Positions 1-9,984 of a DNA stretch of 64,000 bases are shown here, in pieces. Positions within the stretch are counted from its first letter, which is position 1; each line of letters begins with the position of its first letter. The stretch lies in NCBI GenBank assembly GCA_019358935.1, contig JAHHIK010000007.1, positions 1 through 64,000 of the forward strand, in the 5' to 3' direction. Source of the DNA: Tolypothrix carrinoi HA7290-LM1 (GTDB lineage Bacteria > Cyanobacteriota > Cyanobacteriia > Cyanobacteriales > Nostocaceae). A program made the translations under genes and the position numbers. The notes beneath the pieces are model-generated. The model was given only the letters and a program-made list of their open reading frames with translations. It was not told where the DNA came from and did no database searches.

Positions 1-342
1 GCATTAGCAATAGCATCAATCCTCCTAATCAATCAAATAACCAATAGAGAAGTATTTGATGAGATAAATATTAATCGCAAAGATGGACAATGGTCAGCTG
101 ACAATATGGGTAAACTTATCAAATTTGGATTCTCAACCTTAGTCACTGCATTTGTAATGTGGAGTGCCTTGGGTAGTTTTTTGAACATTGTTAACTCATC
201 AAAACAAACCTACAACCAATTGCAGGATACCGTTACAGCTTTTAATAAGCTACCCGAAGACAAGCAAAATGGATTTATTATTGTAGGTGGTTTACTCGTC
301 TTAGCTGGTATCTACACGATTATTGACTCAAAAAGAAGATAA
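1..342 (+). CDS. Multi-pass membrane protein, 5' end outside window; copy of 42536-43114
   Basis: Open frame from base 1; DNA identical to 42773-43114; hydrophobic segments FGFSTLVTAFVMWSALGSFL and GFIIVGGLLVLAGIYTII. Confidence 0.8.
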   Translation, partial: ALAIASILLINQITNREVFDEININRKDGQWSADNMGKLIKFGFSTLVTAFVMWSALGSFLNIVNSSKQTYNQLQDTVTAFNKLPEDKQNGFIIVGGLLVLAGIYTIIDSKRR

Positions 343-343
343 G

Positions 344-1792
344 ATGAAAGTCTACTCAGGGTTAACAGTTATCGGGGTAACAATTGCTTTATCAAGTGCG
401 ATGTATTTAAGCCAGTCTAATCGTCCACATGACTTAGTAGCAATTAAATTCTGCCCGAAAACTGCCAACTTACCACCTCGCTACGGTGAAGAATTTAGTC
501 AACGTTCCCAAGAAAGTTTAGATAAAAAGTATTGCGACTACGAGCATAAATTGCTCAAAGAGATATGGTCACAAAAGCAATTTGAATCGTCTACACCATT
601 ACCAGAATCATCATTCAGCATTCGTCATATCCCTGCTAGTAATAAGAATGCGATTTGGTTTTTAGTTGCTCCCATAGCTTCTGGAATCGCTTATTTAAGT
701 TGGACTAAAAAGGCAGAAATAGACGAACTCTCAGCACATTCTGAATTAGAAGCGTATAAAAGTTGTATTAAATTAACCACAGTCTCTAATCAAAATGAGA
801 GAGAATTTAAGACGCTTCAAACTAATCAAACATGGGATAAACAAAAAGTTAAGCATGGTTTTATATCCATTGAAGCGATGCAAGATAAGTTAAAGCGCTC
901 CTCTCTTATACAGGATAAAACCCACGCTTCTACTCTCAAACAGTTTGATTTAGCCGACTCCGATATGGATAAAAAGATTGCTGAAAACTTGCGAGATAAG
1001 CACAAGGCTTTATCAGATACCCAAAAGATACTAGGTAAAAAGTCCAGCAATGATTCAGAAACATTAAGTAACCCAGAATCTCATATCCAAGAAAGGGTAA
1101 ATCAACTCATAGAAGCCTTAAAACAATGGGAGGATGGTTGGCTGTATACAATTATCAAAAATAACAAACCTTTATGGTTAATTGGTTCCCAAGGAAGCGG
1201 TAAAACCAACACAGCGGGGTGTATTGCAATCATCCGTAAATATTGCTTTAATGCTCCAATTTACCAGCTTATCGACCGTCACGCTACGGGTGAAAATTGG
1301 CAGGTGTGGCAATTATTAAATGCACAAATCAAAGCAGAATCAGAGTCAGAAATAGGACAGGCTTTAGAGGATGCTTGTGAGCGTTGGTTAGCGAGGATTA
1401 AAGAAGTACCAAAACAAAAGCAACAACTAGTTATTGATGAATTTACCAATCTCAAAAAAATACCATCTTGCAAAGAAGCGGCTATGAAGTTTTTCTCCAT
1501 GCACTTGACAGATACCAGAAAAGCAAAAGAATATTTTATTGGCATCAATCATTATTTTACCAATGAAAGTACTGTGGAAGGCACATTTGAAGCACGTAAG
1601 GCTGGCACGATTCAAATTAAAAAGTTTTCTGCAAATGGGGAAACACCATTACCAAGAGTACAAATTGTACATGGTTTGGTGGATAGCAATGGGAATGAAT
1701 TAGAAGAAGTTGAGGTGACGCTACCTAGTTGGTTTGAGGCAGGACAAATTTACAACCATTTTAACGGTAGCAAGATCGACTTTTCAGGATAA
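344..1792 (+). CDS. Membrane-anchored P-loop ATPase, FtsK/HerA/VirB4-like, copy 1
   Basis: Two N-terminal hydrophobic segments, coiled-coil middle, Walker A GSQGSGKT, Walker B LVIDE, downstream TRK...FIGINH motif. Confidence 0.75.
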   Translation: MKVYSGLTVIGVTIALSSAMYLSQSNRPHDLVAIKFCPKTANLPPRYGEEFSQRSQESLDKKYCDYEHKLLKEIWSQKQFESSTPLPESSFSIRHIPASNKNAIWFLVAPIASGIAYLSWTKKAEIDELSAHSELEAYKSCIKLTTVSNQNEREFKTLQTNQTWDKQKVKHGFISIEAMQDKLKRSSLIQDKTHASTLKQFDLADSDMDKKIAENLRDKHKALSDTQKILGKKSSNDSETLSNPESHIQERVNQLIEALKQWEDGWLYTIIKNNKPLWLIGSQGSGKTNTAGCIAIIRKYCFNAPIYQLIDRHATGENWQVWQLLNAQIKAESESEIGQALEDACERWLARIKEVPKQKQQLVIDEFTNLKKIPSCKEAAMKFFSMHLTDTRKAKEYFIGINHYFTNESTVEGTFEARKAGTIQIKKFSANGETPLPRVQIVHGLVDSNGNELEEVEVTLPSWFEAGQIYNHFNGSKIDFSG

Positions 1793-1800
1793 ATATTAGT

Positions 1801-2165
1801 TTACAAGAGCGTTAATTCCCCAGACGGTAAATCAACTACCAATCGCCTAGTTTTCAACCACTGACGACCAAGTAAAACGGACGGTACACCTTGTCCGACG
1901 TGAAAAACGAATATCAAATTCTTGCCCATCGATTTTTACCTTTCCAGCGTAGATTTTAAAATCTGCTTCCCCTTGTGCTGTCCGCTGCACTCGTGTCTGC
2001 ACGTAAATCCAGTCTAGAAGAAAGTAAATCTTGTTCGTTAATAGCTAACCAACCAGAAAAACCTGTATCAAACATTGCATCTACTGGTAGTTCTAAGCCA
2101 TCCGAAGTAATAAGTTCAACTTCAAAGAATAATGCATCCTCATCACCAAACCAGCCAATTATCAT
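1801..2165 (-). pseudogene. Clan AA (retropepsin-like) aspartic protease, frameshifted
   Basis: FDTGF catalytic motif; homology continues in other frames (DWIYVQT..., VLLGRQWLKTRRLVVD) to a stop at 1801. Confidence 0.7.
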
Positions 2166-2482
2166 ATCGTTCCGGAAACCCCTGTCTCATTAATTCGGAA
2201 GAGAAATAATGGTAGAGTACCAGGGTGTTTTTGACGAGCCATCCTCATTGCTACTTCTTCATCACGGTCGATAAAATAGTCTCCACTATCCGGCTCAACA
2301 ACCATATACCAGTTGTAGTGAGTTTCTATGTAGTGCAGCTTAACGCGGTCAAAAATAACCTTACAACGTTGGTGGAATTTCTCATCTTCTGCTCTACGAA
2401 GTGCTTTTTGTTCCTCTGTCCACTGGATTTCGGGGAATATTCGTCCCCTGCGTGCGGTACGAGTCGGTTTGGTTTCAGTCAT
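2162..2482 (-). CDS. Small hypothetical protein coupled to the aspartic protease gene
   Basis: ATG at 2482 (MTETKPTR...), stop overlaps next start; NWYMVVEPDSGDYFID type seen in such gene pairs. Confidence 0.65.
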   Translation of the reverse strand: MTETKPTRTARRGRIFPEIQWTEEQKALRRAEDEKFHQRCKVIFDRVKLHYIETHYNWYMVVEPDSGDYFIDRDEEVAMRMARQKHPGTLPLFLFRINETGVSGTI

Positions 2483-2942
2483 GGTTGGTTCAAAGCACAA
2501 TTGCAATATCTCTATTGGACAGCATTTTTCACCCACGGTGGTCGTGACCGATGCGAGAGTACGCAAGACCGAGAAAGGCAACCAAAATGAGCATATATGG
2601 AAGAAAGGGGAATTTAACAGGCTTTGTCAGTGCCATTAACCGACTAGAGCGCTCCAAGCCGCAGACGGCAGCGCTTCGCGATCGCGCTCTATCACCTTCC
2701 CGATTTTACATTCCATACCTTGCCCGCGCGGTCAAACTTATCACCACTACTCACAAGAAATCTCGCTCAACCAATACACTCGCAATCTTTGATGCGCTGC
2801 TGATAAGTAACAGTCATTGCGTGGTAAATATAAGGAGAATCTGCGCTTAAAATATGTAACGCGCGTAGAATCTACCCTTGCCTACAACCGCGCATGACCA
2901 AGGAATATTATGACCCCATGACAGGCACAATTGATTTAGTCC

Positions 2943-3432
2943 ATGCTCCGGATGAAGTCAAAATTTTTGAGATTGCCTACGGGTATTTTTTATGCCCAAG
3001 GTGTGAAAACTAACGTGCTGTTTTTCCAACGGGGAACGACGGAGAAGAGCAACACCAAGCAGGTGTGGTTTTACGATATGCGGACGAATATACCTGTTTT
3101 TGGCAAGCGGACTCCTTTAACTAGAGAGCATTTTAGGGCGTTTAAAGAAGTTTACGGGGATGATGCTAATGGGGGAAGTCCGCGTGTTGACCAAGGGGAG
3201 TCGGGACGCTGAAAGCAGATGGACGCGGGAGGATATTGCTAAACGCGGCGAAAACCTGGATATTACTTGGCTGCGGGATGAAAGTTTGCAGTCGGGGGAT
3301 GATTTGCCGGAACCGGAAGTGATTGCAGCCGCTATTATGACGAAGTTACAAACGGCGATCGCGGAGATGGAGGCTTTGACGGCGTTGCTGGAAGGAGAAG
3401 CGGAAGTGGATGAAGTTTCACTTCTAGAATAA
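2943..3432 (+). pseudogene. hsdM: Type I R-M methyltransferase C-terminal fragment, frameshifted
   Basis: LRLPTGIFYAQGVKTNVLFF...VWFYDMRTN...FGKRTPL then NLDITWLRDESL...LPEPEV in another frame; N-terminal part absent. Confidence 0.8.
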
Positions 3433-3479
3433 AAATACCCAATCACAATAGAAGTAGTAACAGTAGTGGGTGAATTCTA

Positions 3480-3722
3480 ATGAGTCCAGAACAAGAGTTA
3501 TTAACCAAGTGGCGTTCTCTTCCACAAGACAAACAAGAGGAAGTTTTAGATTTTGTCGAATTTCTTCGTTTGAAAACCTCTGCAAATAAAACCCCATTGG
3601 GAGAACGTTTGCGGCAAATTCGGTCTAGGATTATTGCTTCTGGTAAACATTTATTAGATGAAGATGAAATCGAAAAAGAACTCGCCAGTCGCAGAGGTGG
3701 GCTACAGGGTAAAGAAGAATGA
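3480..3722 (+). CDS. DUF2281-like antitoxin
   Basis: WRSLPQDKQEEVLDFVEFL signature; ATGA overlap with downstream PIN gene. Confidence 0.75.
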   Translation: MSPEQELLTKWRSLPQDKQEEVLDFVEFLRLKTSANKTPLGERLRQIRSRIIASGKHLLDEDEIEKELASRRGGLQGKEE

Positions 3723-4124
3723 AAATAACTTATATTGATTCAGGAGTGTTACTTAGTGCAACAGATGGTGTTGGGAGAATTGCCGAGAAAGCCCTTGAAA
3801 TATTAGGAGATTCCCAACGGGAATTTGCATAAGCGTGAGTTTGTCAAATTGGAGGTAAGTCCCAAAGCGGTTTATAACAAGCAAATAGAAGAAGCTCAAT
3901 TCTATGAAGAATTTTTTAGCGATGTTACCTATTGGGCGAGTGATTTGACTCATATTGTTCAAGATGCTTACCAAATTGCTTCTCAGTATGGTTTAGCAGC
4001 TATGGACGCGCTTCATGTAGCTGCGGCGTTGTCAGTTGGGGCAGAGGAATTAGTTACAACTGAGAAAAGAACAAAGCCCATGCATCGAGTAACTAGTATT
4101 AATGTAGTTTCTATTTTTGATTAA
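3719..4124 (+). pseudogene. vapC: PIN-domain (VapC-like) toxin with stop and frameshift near 3830
   Basis: MKITYIDSGVL start at 3719, TAA at 3830; second frame gives AMDALHVAAA...LVTTE. Confidence 0.75.
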
Positions 4125-4169
4125 TTACTAAAAGCCGCTAGAGTAACTTTTTATGAGGATAAAAAGACG

Positions 4170-4400
4170 ATGGATAGTATAAAAATCCGGTCGCATGTGG
4201 GTAAAGATGGTATTTTACATTTAGATATCCCAGTAGAAATGGCAGATACAGAAATTGAAGTTACGGTAACAATTCAAAGAGTTACACCACAACAACGGGG
4301 CTGGATGCCTGGTTTTTTTGAAGAGGTGATTGGTGGTTGGGTAGGAGAACCGTTAGAACGGGCAGAACAGGGAGAATATGAAACTAGAACGATTGAGTAA
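4170..4400 (+). CDS. Small antitoxin-like hypothetical protein
   Basis: SHVGKDGILHLDIP...WMPGFFEEVIGGW resembles cyanobacterial VapB-like partners; no cognate toxin follows. Confidence 0.6.
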   Translation: MDSIKIRSHVGKDGILHLDIPVEMADTEIEVTVTIQRVTPQQRGWMPGFFEEVIGGWVGEPLERAEQGEYETRTIE

Positions 4401-4576
4401 TCACTTGCCTTGAGTAAATACTCAAATACTCAAATACACAAAACACTTTGGCATTTTCGCTACACATAGCGTTCGCAAACACTACAAAAAACGGAACAAG
4501 TTTTTACCATCTGGCTTGCAAACCATATTGACATAGGGAAGTGCATCTATAACCTTGGATGCCATCAACCCCCCAA

Positions 4577-5539
4577 CTAACCCTCATAAGGAACGTGCAG
4601 ATGTTGTTGCACAGCTTGACGTTTGGTAACTTCCGGGCGCAAATCATATTTTTGCGTAGTCATTGGGTCAGCATGACCAGCCAGCTTACTCACAGTAAGC
4701 ACATCAACATCAGCAGTTAACAAATTAGTAACAAAAGTGCGCCGGAAATCGTGCGGCATTATAGCAGCCACCCCTGCATTCAATGCGCGTTTGGTCAAAA
4801 TCACCATCACCGCCTGGTCAGTCATCCGCCGAATATTTACATGCCCGCCGCGTATCACAGGACTTATCAAAGCACCCTTAGCATCCCCCCTTACCTTTAC
4901 CCAAGCATCAACCGCCGCCACAGCCCCCGCTGGCAAATACACCATGCGCGACTTCCCCCCCTTACCCTTGCGGACAAGCATTGAACCCTCAGATGGGTTA
5001 TAATCCACCAAGTCTAAAGCCACCGCCTCTCCTCGACGCAACCCAGAACCACTGAGAATTGCAATCAGTGCCGCGTCCCTAATTCCAATTTCTCCATCAT
5101 CCTTGCAATTCTGCAACAGCGCTGCGACTTCTTCTCCTTTCAACACCCGCCCCCGCAAAGGCGAATCACCCCGCACATTCTTTACCAACGCCGCGTGACC
5201 ATAATCATCAGCACTCATTAACCCCAACCGAAAAGCTTCCTTTAACACCCGACGCAACGCACAAAGCATCCGGTTAGCAGTAGCAGGAGAGTATTTTTCC
5301 ATCAACACAGCCCGAATTGCAGCCGTATGCTGGTAACGTAATTTAGACCAATCCAGAGACAGAGCATCACACGAATCAGAAGTTAGCATCCGAGCTAGAG
5401 CGTTGAGCGCTTTTCGCATCGTCCGCCTGCTCCCACTCGTCAAACTAGACAAATAGACCGCAGCCGGATGAAGCGTCAGCGGGGTCGGAGTAGCAAGAAC
5501 CAGGTCTAATAGAGTTGTTGATAGCTCGGTCGGGAGCAT
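4577..5539 (-). CDS. Tyrosine recombinase (XerC/D-like plasmid resolvase or integrase)
   Basis: GLRRGE, HDFRRT and GHADPMTTQKYD catalytic motifs. Confidence 0.92.
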   Translation of the reverse strand: MLPTELSTTLLDLVLATPTPLTLHPAAVYLSSLTSGSRRTMRKALNALARMLTSDSCDALSLDWSKLRYQHTAAIRAVLMEKYSPATANRMLCALRRVLKEAFRLGLMSADDYGHAALVKNVRGDSPLRGRVLKGEEVAALLQNCKDDGEIGIRDAALIAILSGSGLRRGEAVALDLVDYNPSEGSMLVRKGKGGKSRMVYLPAGAVAAVDAWVKVRGDAKGALISPVIRGGHVNIRRMTDQAVMVILTKRALNAGVAAIMPHDFRRTFVTNLLTADVDVLTVSKLAGHADPMTTQKYDLRPEVTKRQAVQQHLHVPYEG

Positions 5540-5647
5540 ATTTGACGCTACACTCCTTGCTTATTTGGTAAATGAGAGTTTCCGTAACTTATTATCTCCT
5601 CACCACGCCACACAATCGATTTCACCGTGACAATTATTCACGAGTTT

Positions 5648-5977
5648 TTGATATCAACCTTGATATCAAGACCCCCAACCGTGCTCTTGAAGAACGCTTT
5701 CGCCTTTCTTGTAAGGGGCGCTTTCAAGCAGACAATTTGGCTCCCAACGCTGACGGCTTGCCCTCAAGAAATCGCAAAACAAGAATTATCCTGCCCCCGC
5801 TTTCATGGATAATGGATGACGGGGGCAGGAAATTGCCCTTGACAATAACGCATATCACTCTTCGTACACTCATTACCACAAAAGTTATATTTAATAATCC
5901 ACTTCTTCTCGGGGTGCGGAATTCATCAGGTGTTTGATATCAATCGGGACTATGTAAATTCGCTGCTTTGATATCAA
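5648..5977. repeat. Four copies of the palindrome TTGATATCAA in two pairs
   Basis: Copies at 5648, 5660, 5934 and 5968, between the recombinase and the par genes. Confidence 0.8.
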
Positions 5978-6132
5978 GATTGATAGCTTTAGCAACGGTC
6001 AGCAGAGTATAGAAAACTGTACAGAAAAATGTTAACGCTCTGAGCGTGAGAATGCAGTGTTCGTCGCTCCGATGAAGGTGTAGTGTACATATATATAGAT
6101 GTAGTTCAACAAATAGCGGTTGTTGCTCCGTT

Positions 6133-6588
6133 TTACTTCGACGAGTTACTCAGCATCGTTATTAACCGTTTGAGTTGACCAACTCGCTTGCGCTGATCGT
6201 ACCTATGTTTGGCTTCAGTGGTAATTTTCTCACGTAACGTATTATCTTCACTAGCCACTGTCCAAGCTGCTTCTAGGAAGGTTTCAACTGTAATTCCCCG
6301 TATGCGGCAAAATTGTGTCAGTTTTTGGTCAAGGTCTTTTTCCAAAACTATCGCCGAGTGGCGCTTGGTTTCTGGGTATTGTTCGAGTTCTGCCGTTAGT
6401 GCAGCAATAGTATCAGCACCATTAGTTGTAGTTGGACTTTCTACTGACTCTACTGGCAACGGTAGTGTTGCTGCTTCTTCAAGTTCTTTTTCTGACTGAG
6501 ATCCTTGCTGAACGAGCGCATCAATTCTTGGTTCAACAGTGGCACGGTTGCGTTTGTTGCGAATTTGATTGAGTACGTTATCATCCAT
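6133..6588 (-). CDS. ParA partner (small centromere-binding/adaptor protein candidate)
   Basis: Overlaps parA stop; basic N-terminus, acidic linker, RHH-like C-terminal part. Confidence 0.6.
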   Translation of the reverse strand: MDDNVLNQIRNKRNRATVEPRIDALVQQGSQSEKELEEAATLPLPVESVESPTTTNGADTIAALTAELEQYPETKRHSAIVLEKDLDQKLTQFCRIRGITVETFLEAAWTVASEDNTLREKITTEAKHRYDQRKRVGQLKRLITMLSNSSK

Positions 6589-7372
6589 TGTTTATTCCCA
6601 ACCCAATGTGTGTGCTAATTTTCTCGATTAAGATTTCAAACGGATATTCCAGGTCGGTGTATCCCAACTCGCTTAAGGTGGTGCGACGGTTGATTGCTTG
6701 TTTGAAACGTTCCGATTCAAGTATGGAAGGTAGAACTAGTTGTTCGCCAACTTCAGAGCGCATAGAGTCAACAGATGCTCGACTTTCTTGAGCTTGGGTG
6801 TTTCCAAACCAGCGATCGCGAAATGGCAGGACACCTAATAATTCGGCATCAGTTGCACCGACATCGCGCAGTCCCGCCAGTAAATCGAGGGTTCTGATTA
6901 AGGAACCATAACCTTTTACTGATGCTTCTGCGGGAATGACCAAAAAATCTGCCGCCCCCAGGACGGTTAAACAAATTTGCGAACGCTGGGGTGGAGCATC
7001 GATAATGCACACTTTGAATATTTTGGCAACTGCTTCTAACCGACGTTTGAGTAAGGTTGCACCCACCCCGCTATTGGAGAGGTAATCCTGTACGGTGTCG
7101 AGTTGGTCGTCGGCGGGGATGAGAAATAAATTGTCGTTATATGCGGTGGGGTATATGCTATCTTCGGCGGGAACCGTTTTTTTGAGAAATTCCAGTAGAG
7201 TTGGTTGGTTGGGTTCCAACTCGAACCCCAAATAAGTAGTGAGGTTGTGCTGCGGGTCAGAATCAATCATTAATGTGGGACAGGAGCGATTTGCGAGCAG
7301 CCGACCTAGAAATAAGGCTGTTGTCGTCTTCCCCTGTCCCCCACTGAGACTGGCGATGCTAATTGTCAGCAT
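6581..7372 (-). CDS. parA: ParA family partition ATPase
   Basis: SGGQGKTT deviant Walker A, IDSDPQ, IIDAPP. Confidence 0.92.
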   Translation of the reverse strand: MLTISIASLSGGQGKTTTALFLGRLLANRSCPTLMIDSDPQHNLTTYLGFELEPNQPTLLEFLKKTVPAEDSIYPTAYNDNLFLIPADDQLDTVQDYLSNSGVGATLLKRRLEAVAKIFKVCIIDAPPQRSQICLTVLGAADFLVIPAEASVKGYGSLIRTLDLLAGLRDVGATDAELLGVLPFRDRWFGNTQAQESRASVDSMRSEVGEQLVLPSILESERFKQAINRRTTLSELGYTDLEYPFEILIEKISTHIGLGINNG

Positions 7373-7517
7373 ATAGAAATTTATTAAATTAACTTTTTAA
7401 CTTAAAGTTATTTGGTTATTTTGTCAAATATTAATTTAATAAAATTAGCTATTCATAAAATTAGCTTTTTAAGAAAGTTTAATTTTAGCGACCATTGATG
7501 GGGAGGGTCTTTCCGTA

Positions 7518-7595
7518 GACAAAGGTGGACAGCCTTGTTTACTAGATCCGCGATACCCCACGACCTGCATCGGATGAAGGCTGTCCACCTTTGTC
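7518..7595. repeat. Large hairpin with 19-bp perfect arms
   Basis: GACAAAGGTGGACAGCCTT at 7518-7536 and its reverse complement at 7577-7595; inner ATCCG/CGGAT pair. Confidence 0.85.
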
Positions 7596-7633
7596 AAGGA
7601 TTAGTGCAGCGGGCTAGCCGGGATACCAGAAGA

Positions 7634-7950
7634 GTGCGATTCGTTCTGGAGAAACCCAACCTCTGGGGGGATTCCAGGCTTCGATAGAGTAAACCTTCTT
7701 TCTTTAAGTCCGCACTTTAATTCTCTATCGATGACAACTTAATATCCATGTAGGTGAGGTAAGTATCCTAGAAGACGCTCGTCCTAAAGAGTGCGGGGTT
7801 GAAAGCACATAAACTACCAACAATGGTAGCCCCTGCTCCGGCGACTGACTATTCATACCGTAAAGCGGGGATGAAAGCGGTAAAACGGTGGTAATAGTTG
7901 AAAGCACCAACCGCAATTCCCGAGTTTATTTTATGGGGAGAGCAAGCGAA
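7634..7950 (+). ncRNA. Probable 5' fragment (domain I) of a group II intron, no RT ORF or domains V/VI
   Basis: Begins GTGCGATTCG; internal GGCGACTGACTATTCATACCGTAAAGCGG...GGTAAAACGGTGGTAA resembles cyanobacterial group IIB intron domain I as I recall it. Confidence 0.5.
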
Positions 7951-7957
7951 ATTGGGA

Positions 7958-8020
7958 TGCTCCCCTTTCAAACTGTATTAGTGGATAGTTGGTATGCAAC
8001 AAATAAACTGATGCTGTATG
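7958..8020 (+). pseudogene. IS701-family transposase fragment
   Basis: Translates to LPFQTVLVDSWYATNKLMLY. Confidence 0.55.
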
Positions 8021-8037
8021 ACTTAAAGAATTAGCTT

Positions 8038-9042
8038 ACGGCTTATGTGAGTTGGGGTAGCAAAAAAGAAGGGGAAACCACAAGATAAAGGTAACGACAC
8101 CAAAACTTGAGGTCTCCCAATGACTATGGTAAACGGTTCAACCCTATTGACAACAATTTTTGTGCTAGTAGATGACTGGTATCAGCTTCGAGGCTATCGT
8201 TATGTACCGTTATTGCCAGGGCCATCACCAAGATTCACAGATAGTGAGATGTTAACGTTGTTGGTAGCAATGGATTTTTTCCCATACCCAGGAGAACAAC
8301 AGTTTTTAGGGTTTGTGCGAGCCAACTACTTGAGCCTATTCCCGAAACTGTTAGACCAAAGCCAGTTCAACCGACGAGCCAGACGATTGGAGGGAATGCT
8401 GGAACAATTAAGACGTTTCTGGGTTCGAGAGTTGGGGGCAATCTTTGAGCGCACCCTACTATTGGATACAAAACCAGTACCAGTAGTGGGTTACAAGCGG
8501 AATAAACTCAAGAGTGATTTTACTGGTAGTGCTGATTATGGGTGCTGTGTCAGTCGGAAAATGAATTACTTTGGCTACAAATTGGTACTCATCAGTACCC
8601 TGACCGGAATACCCATAGTTTATTCATTAGTGCCAGCCAGTACTGATGAACGTCTAGCAGCAGAATCTGTTTTAGACTGTGTTCGTGGCTGCCGCATTTT
8701 AGCTGACAAAGGATTTATTGGCAAAGAATGGCAGAATGCTATTTCCAAAACCACAGGCAATCAAATTTTCACCCCCTATCGAACCAACCAACTTCAACAA
8801 CAGCCAAAAGCTTTTGAAGCTTTATTAAACAGCCGGAGCGAGCGGATTGAAGGTGTATTTAACGAAGTCCAAAATACTGGACGTAATTTGGAACGTCTGT
8901 TGAGAAAGAAAGTTGAGGGTGTCTGCGTCCATTTTGCCGCTAAAATCACCAGTCATACTCTGCGTATTTTTCTGCGTCAGCGTTTTGGTATTGATGTGCT
9001 TACTTTTGAACAGCATCCAGTCCCTTCACTCACATAAGGCGT
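8038..9042 (+). mobile_element. IS982-family insertion sequence
   Basis: Terminal IRs ACGGCTTATGTGAGT / ACTCACATAAGGCGT (1 mismatch) enclosing a transposase. Confidence 0.85.
8120..9037 (+). CDS. IS982-family DDE transposase
   Basis: LLDTKPVPV, YFGYKL, LADKGF, ERIEGVF motifs. Confidence 0.88.
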   Translation: MTMVNGSTLLTTIFVLVDDWYQLRGYRYVPLLPGPSPRFTDSEMLTLLVAMDFFPYPGEQQFLGFVRANYLSLFPKLLDQSQFNRRARRLEGMLEQLRRFWVRELGAIFERTLLLDTKPVPVVGYKRNKLKSDFTGSADYGCCVSRKMNYFGYKLVLISTLTGIPIVYSLVPASTDERLAAESVLDCVRGCRILADKGFIGKEWQNAISKTTGNQIFTPYRTNQLQQQPKAFEALLNSRSERIEGVFNEVQNTGRNLERLLRKKVEGVCVHFAAKITSHTLRIFLRQRFGIDVLTFEQHPVPSLT

Positions 9043-9066
9043 ATAATATGATCTTTAAACCACTGT

Positions 9067-9369
9067 TTAAGAAAGGGGACGCATGAAGCTCCGCTCATAA
9101 CTCACAATACACCGTGTCTTCTCTGCGAAGGCAAAGGCAGCTTGACACTCCGCGTCGGTTTGGATGAGCTGCCGATATTCCTCATAAGCCGCTAGGCTTG
9201 GGAAACTGAAGAGCGCCACAGCAATGTTATTGGCTCCCTCATATGGCAGGAAATAGCCATGATGTGTCCCGCCAAATCGGTTGACAAGCGGTATCCACAT
9301 TTTCGCGTATACTTCAAAGTCATTAAGTTTATACGGATCAATAATGTAACGCAGGTAGCAAGTTATCAT
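9067..9369 (-). CDS. NIPSNAP family protein
   Basis: MITCYLRYIIDPYK...GGTHHGYFLP.EGANNIAVALFSFPSLAAYE. Confidence 0.85.
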   Translation of the reverse strand: MITCYLRYIIDPYKLNDFEVYAKMWIPLVNRFGGTHHGYFLPYEGANNIAVALFSFPSLAAYEEYRQLIQTDAECQAAFAFAEKTRCIVSYERSFMRPLS

Positions 9370-9984
9370 TGTTAAACCTCGTTTGTGCAGTTAAATTTGC
9401 ATAAGCCGTATGGAACTACCTATCATTCCACTTTTGGCATTTTCAATACGGGTATTTGTCTTAACTAAAGCGTATTGAGTTCTAAGCATTCTCAAAAGGC
9501 TAACAATAGTTATGGTTTTTACTACTCAAATCGAAATATCAATCAGTTAATTAATTTCAACCGAATGCCAAATTTGTAAATCCATTGAAAAGCAAATTAT
9601 GTATAAGCGGTTGACCACTTTTAAGATACATCAAAACATCAAGCAATAAAAATAAAAAGTCAAAATAAAATTATTTTTTGTCTTTTAAAAATTATTTTAT
9701 TGAATTAGGCGGGAGCGGAAGGTCGAACCCAGAGTTACTGCCACTAGAGGTACTTCAGATATTCTTCGTACACCACGCTTTTACTGCCCAGTGCCACAAG
9801 TTTGAAACTGTTACGGTAAAAAAGACATGAATCTGTGTCTATATTAAACAAGAGTTTTTCCTTAATATGCTTAGGAGTATGTTTGAACAGCAACTCAAAA
9901 CTTTGGGCAATCAACTAAAATTGACCCTTAATTTTTCCTTTTCAATTCCTTGAATTCTTGAATTTGTCGTTTCCCAATCCAACT

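Larger units (their letters stand above)
1..1792 (+). repeat. Long direct repeat, copy 1 (copy 2 at 42773-44564)
   Basis: Offset 42,772; first difference seen at 877 vs 43649, frequent substitutions from about 930 onward. Confidence 0.95.

Noticed and set aside
5839..5850. Half-site TTGACAATAACG matching the parB palindrome variant
   Set aside because: Only one half is present and it could arise by chance
9707..9812. tRNA-like sequence on the minus strand (GGGTTCGA T-loop-like, TTTCAAA anticodon-like)
   Set aside because: About 70 nt between the putative arms, T-stem does not pair and no acceptor-stem partner found
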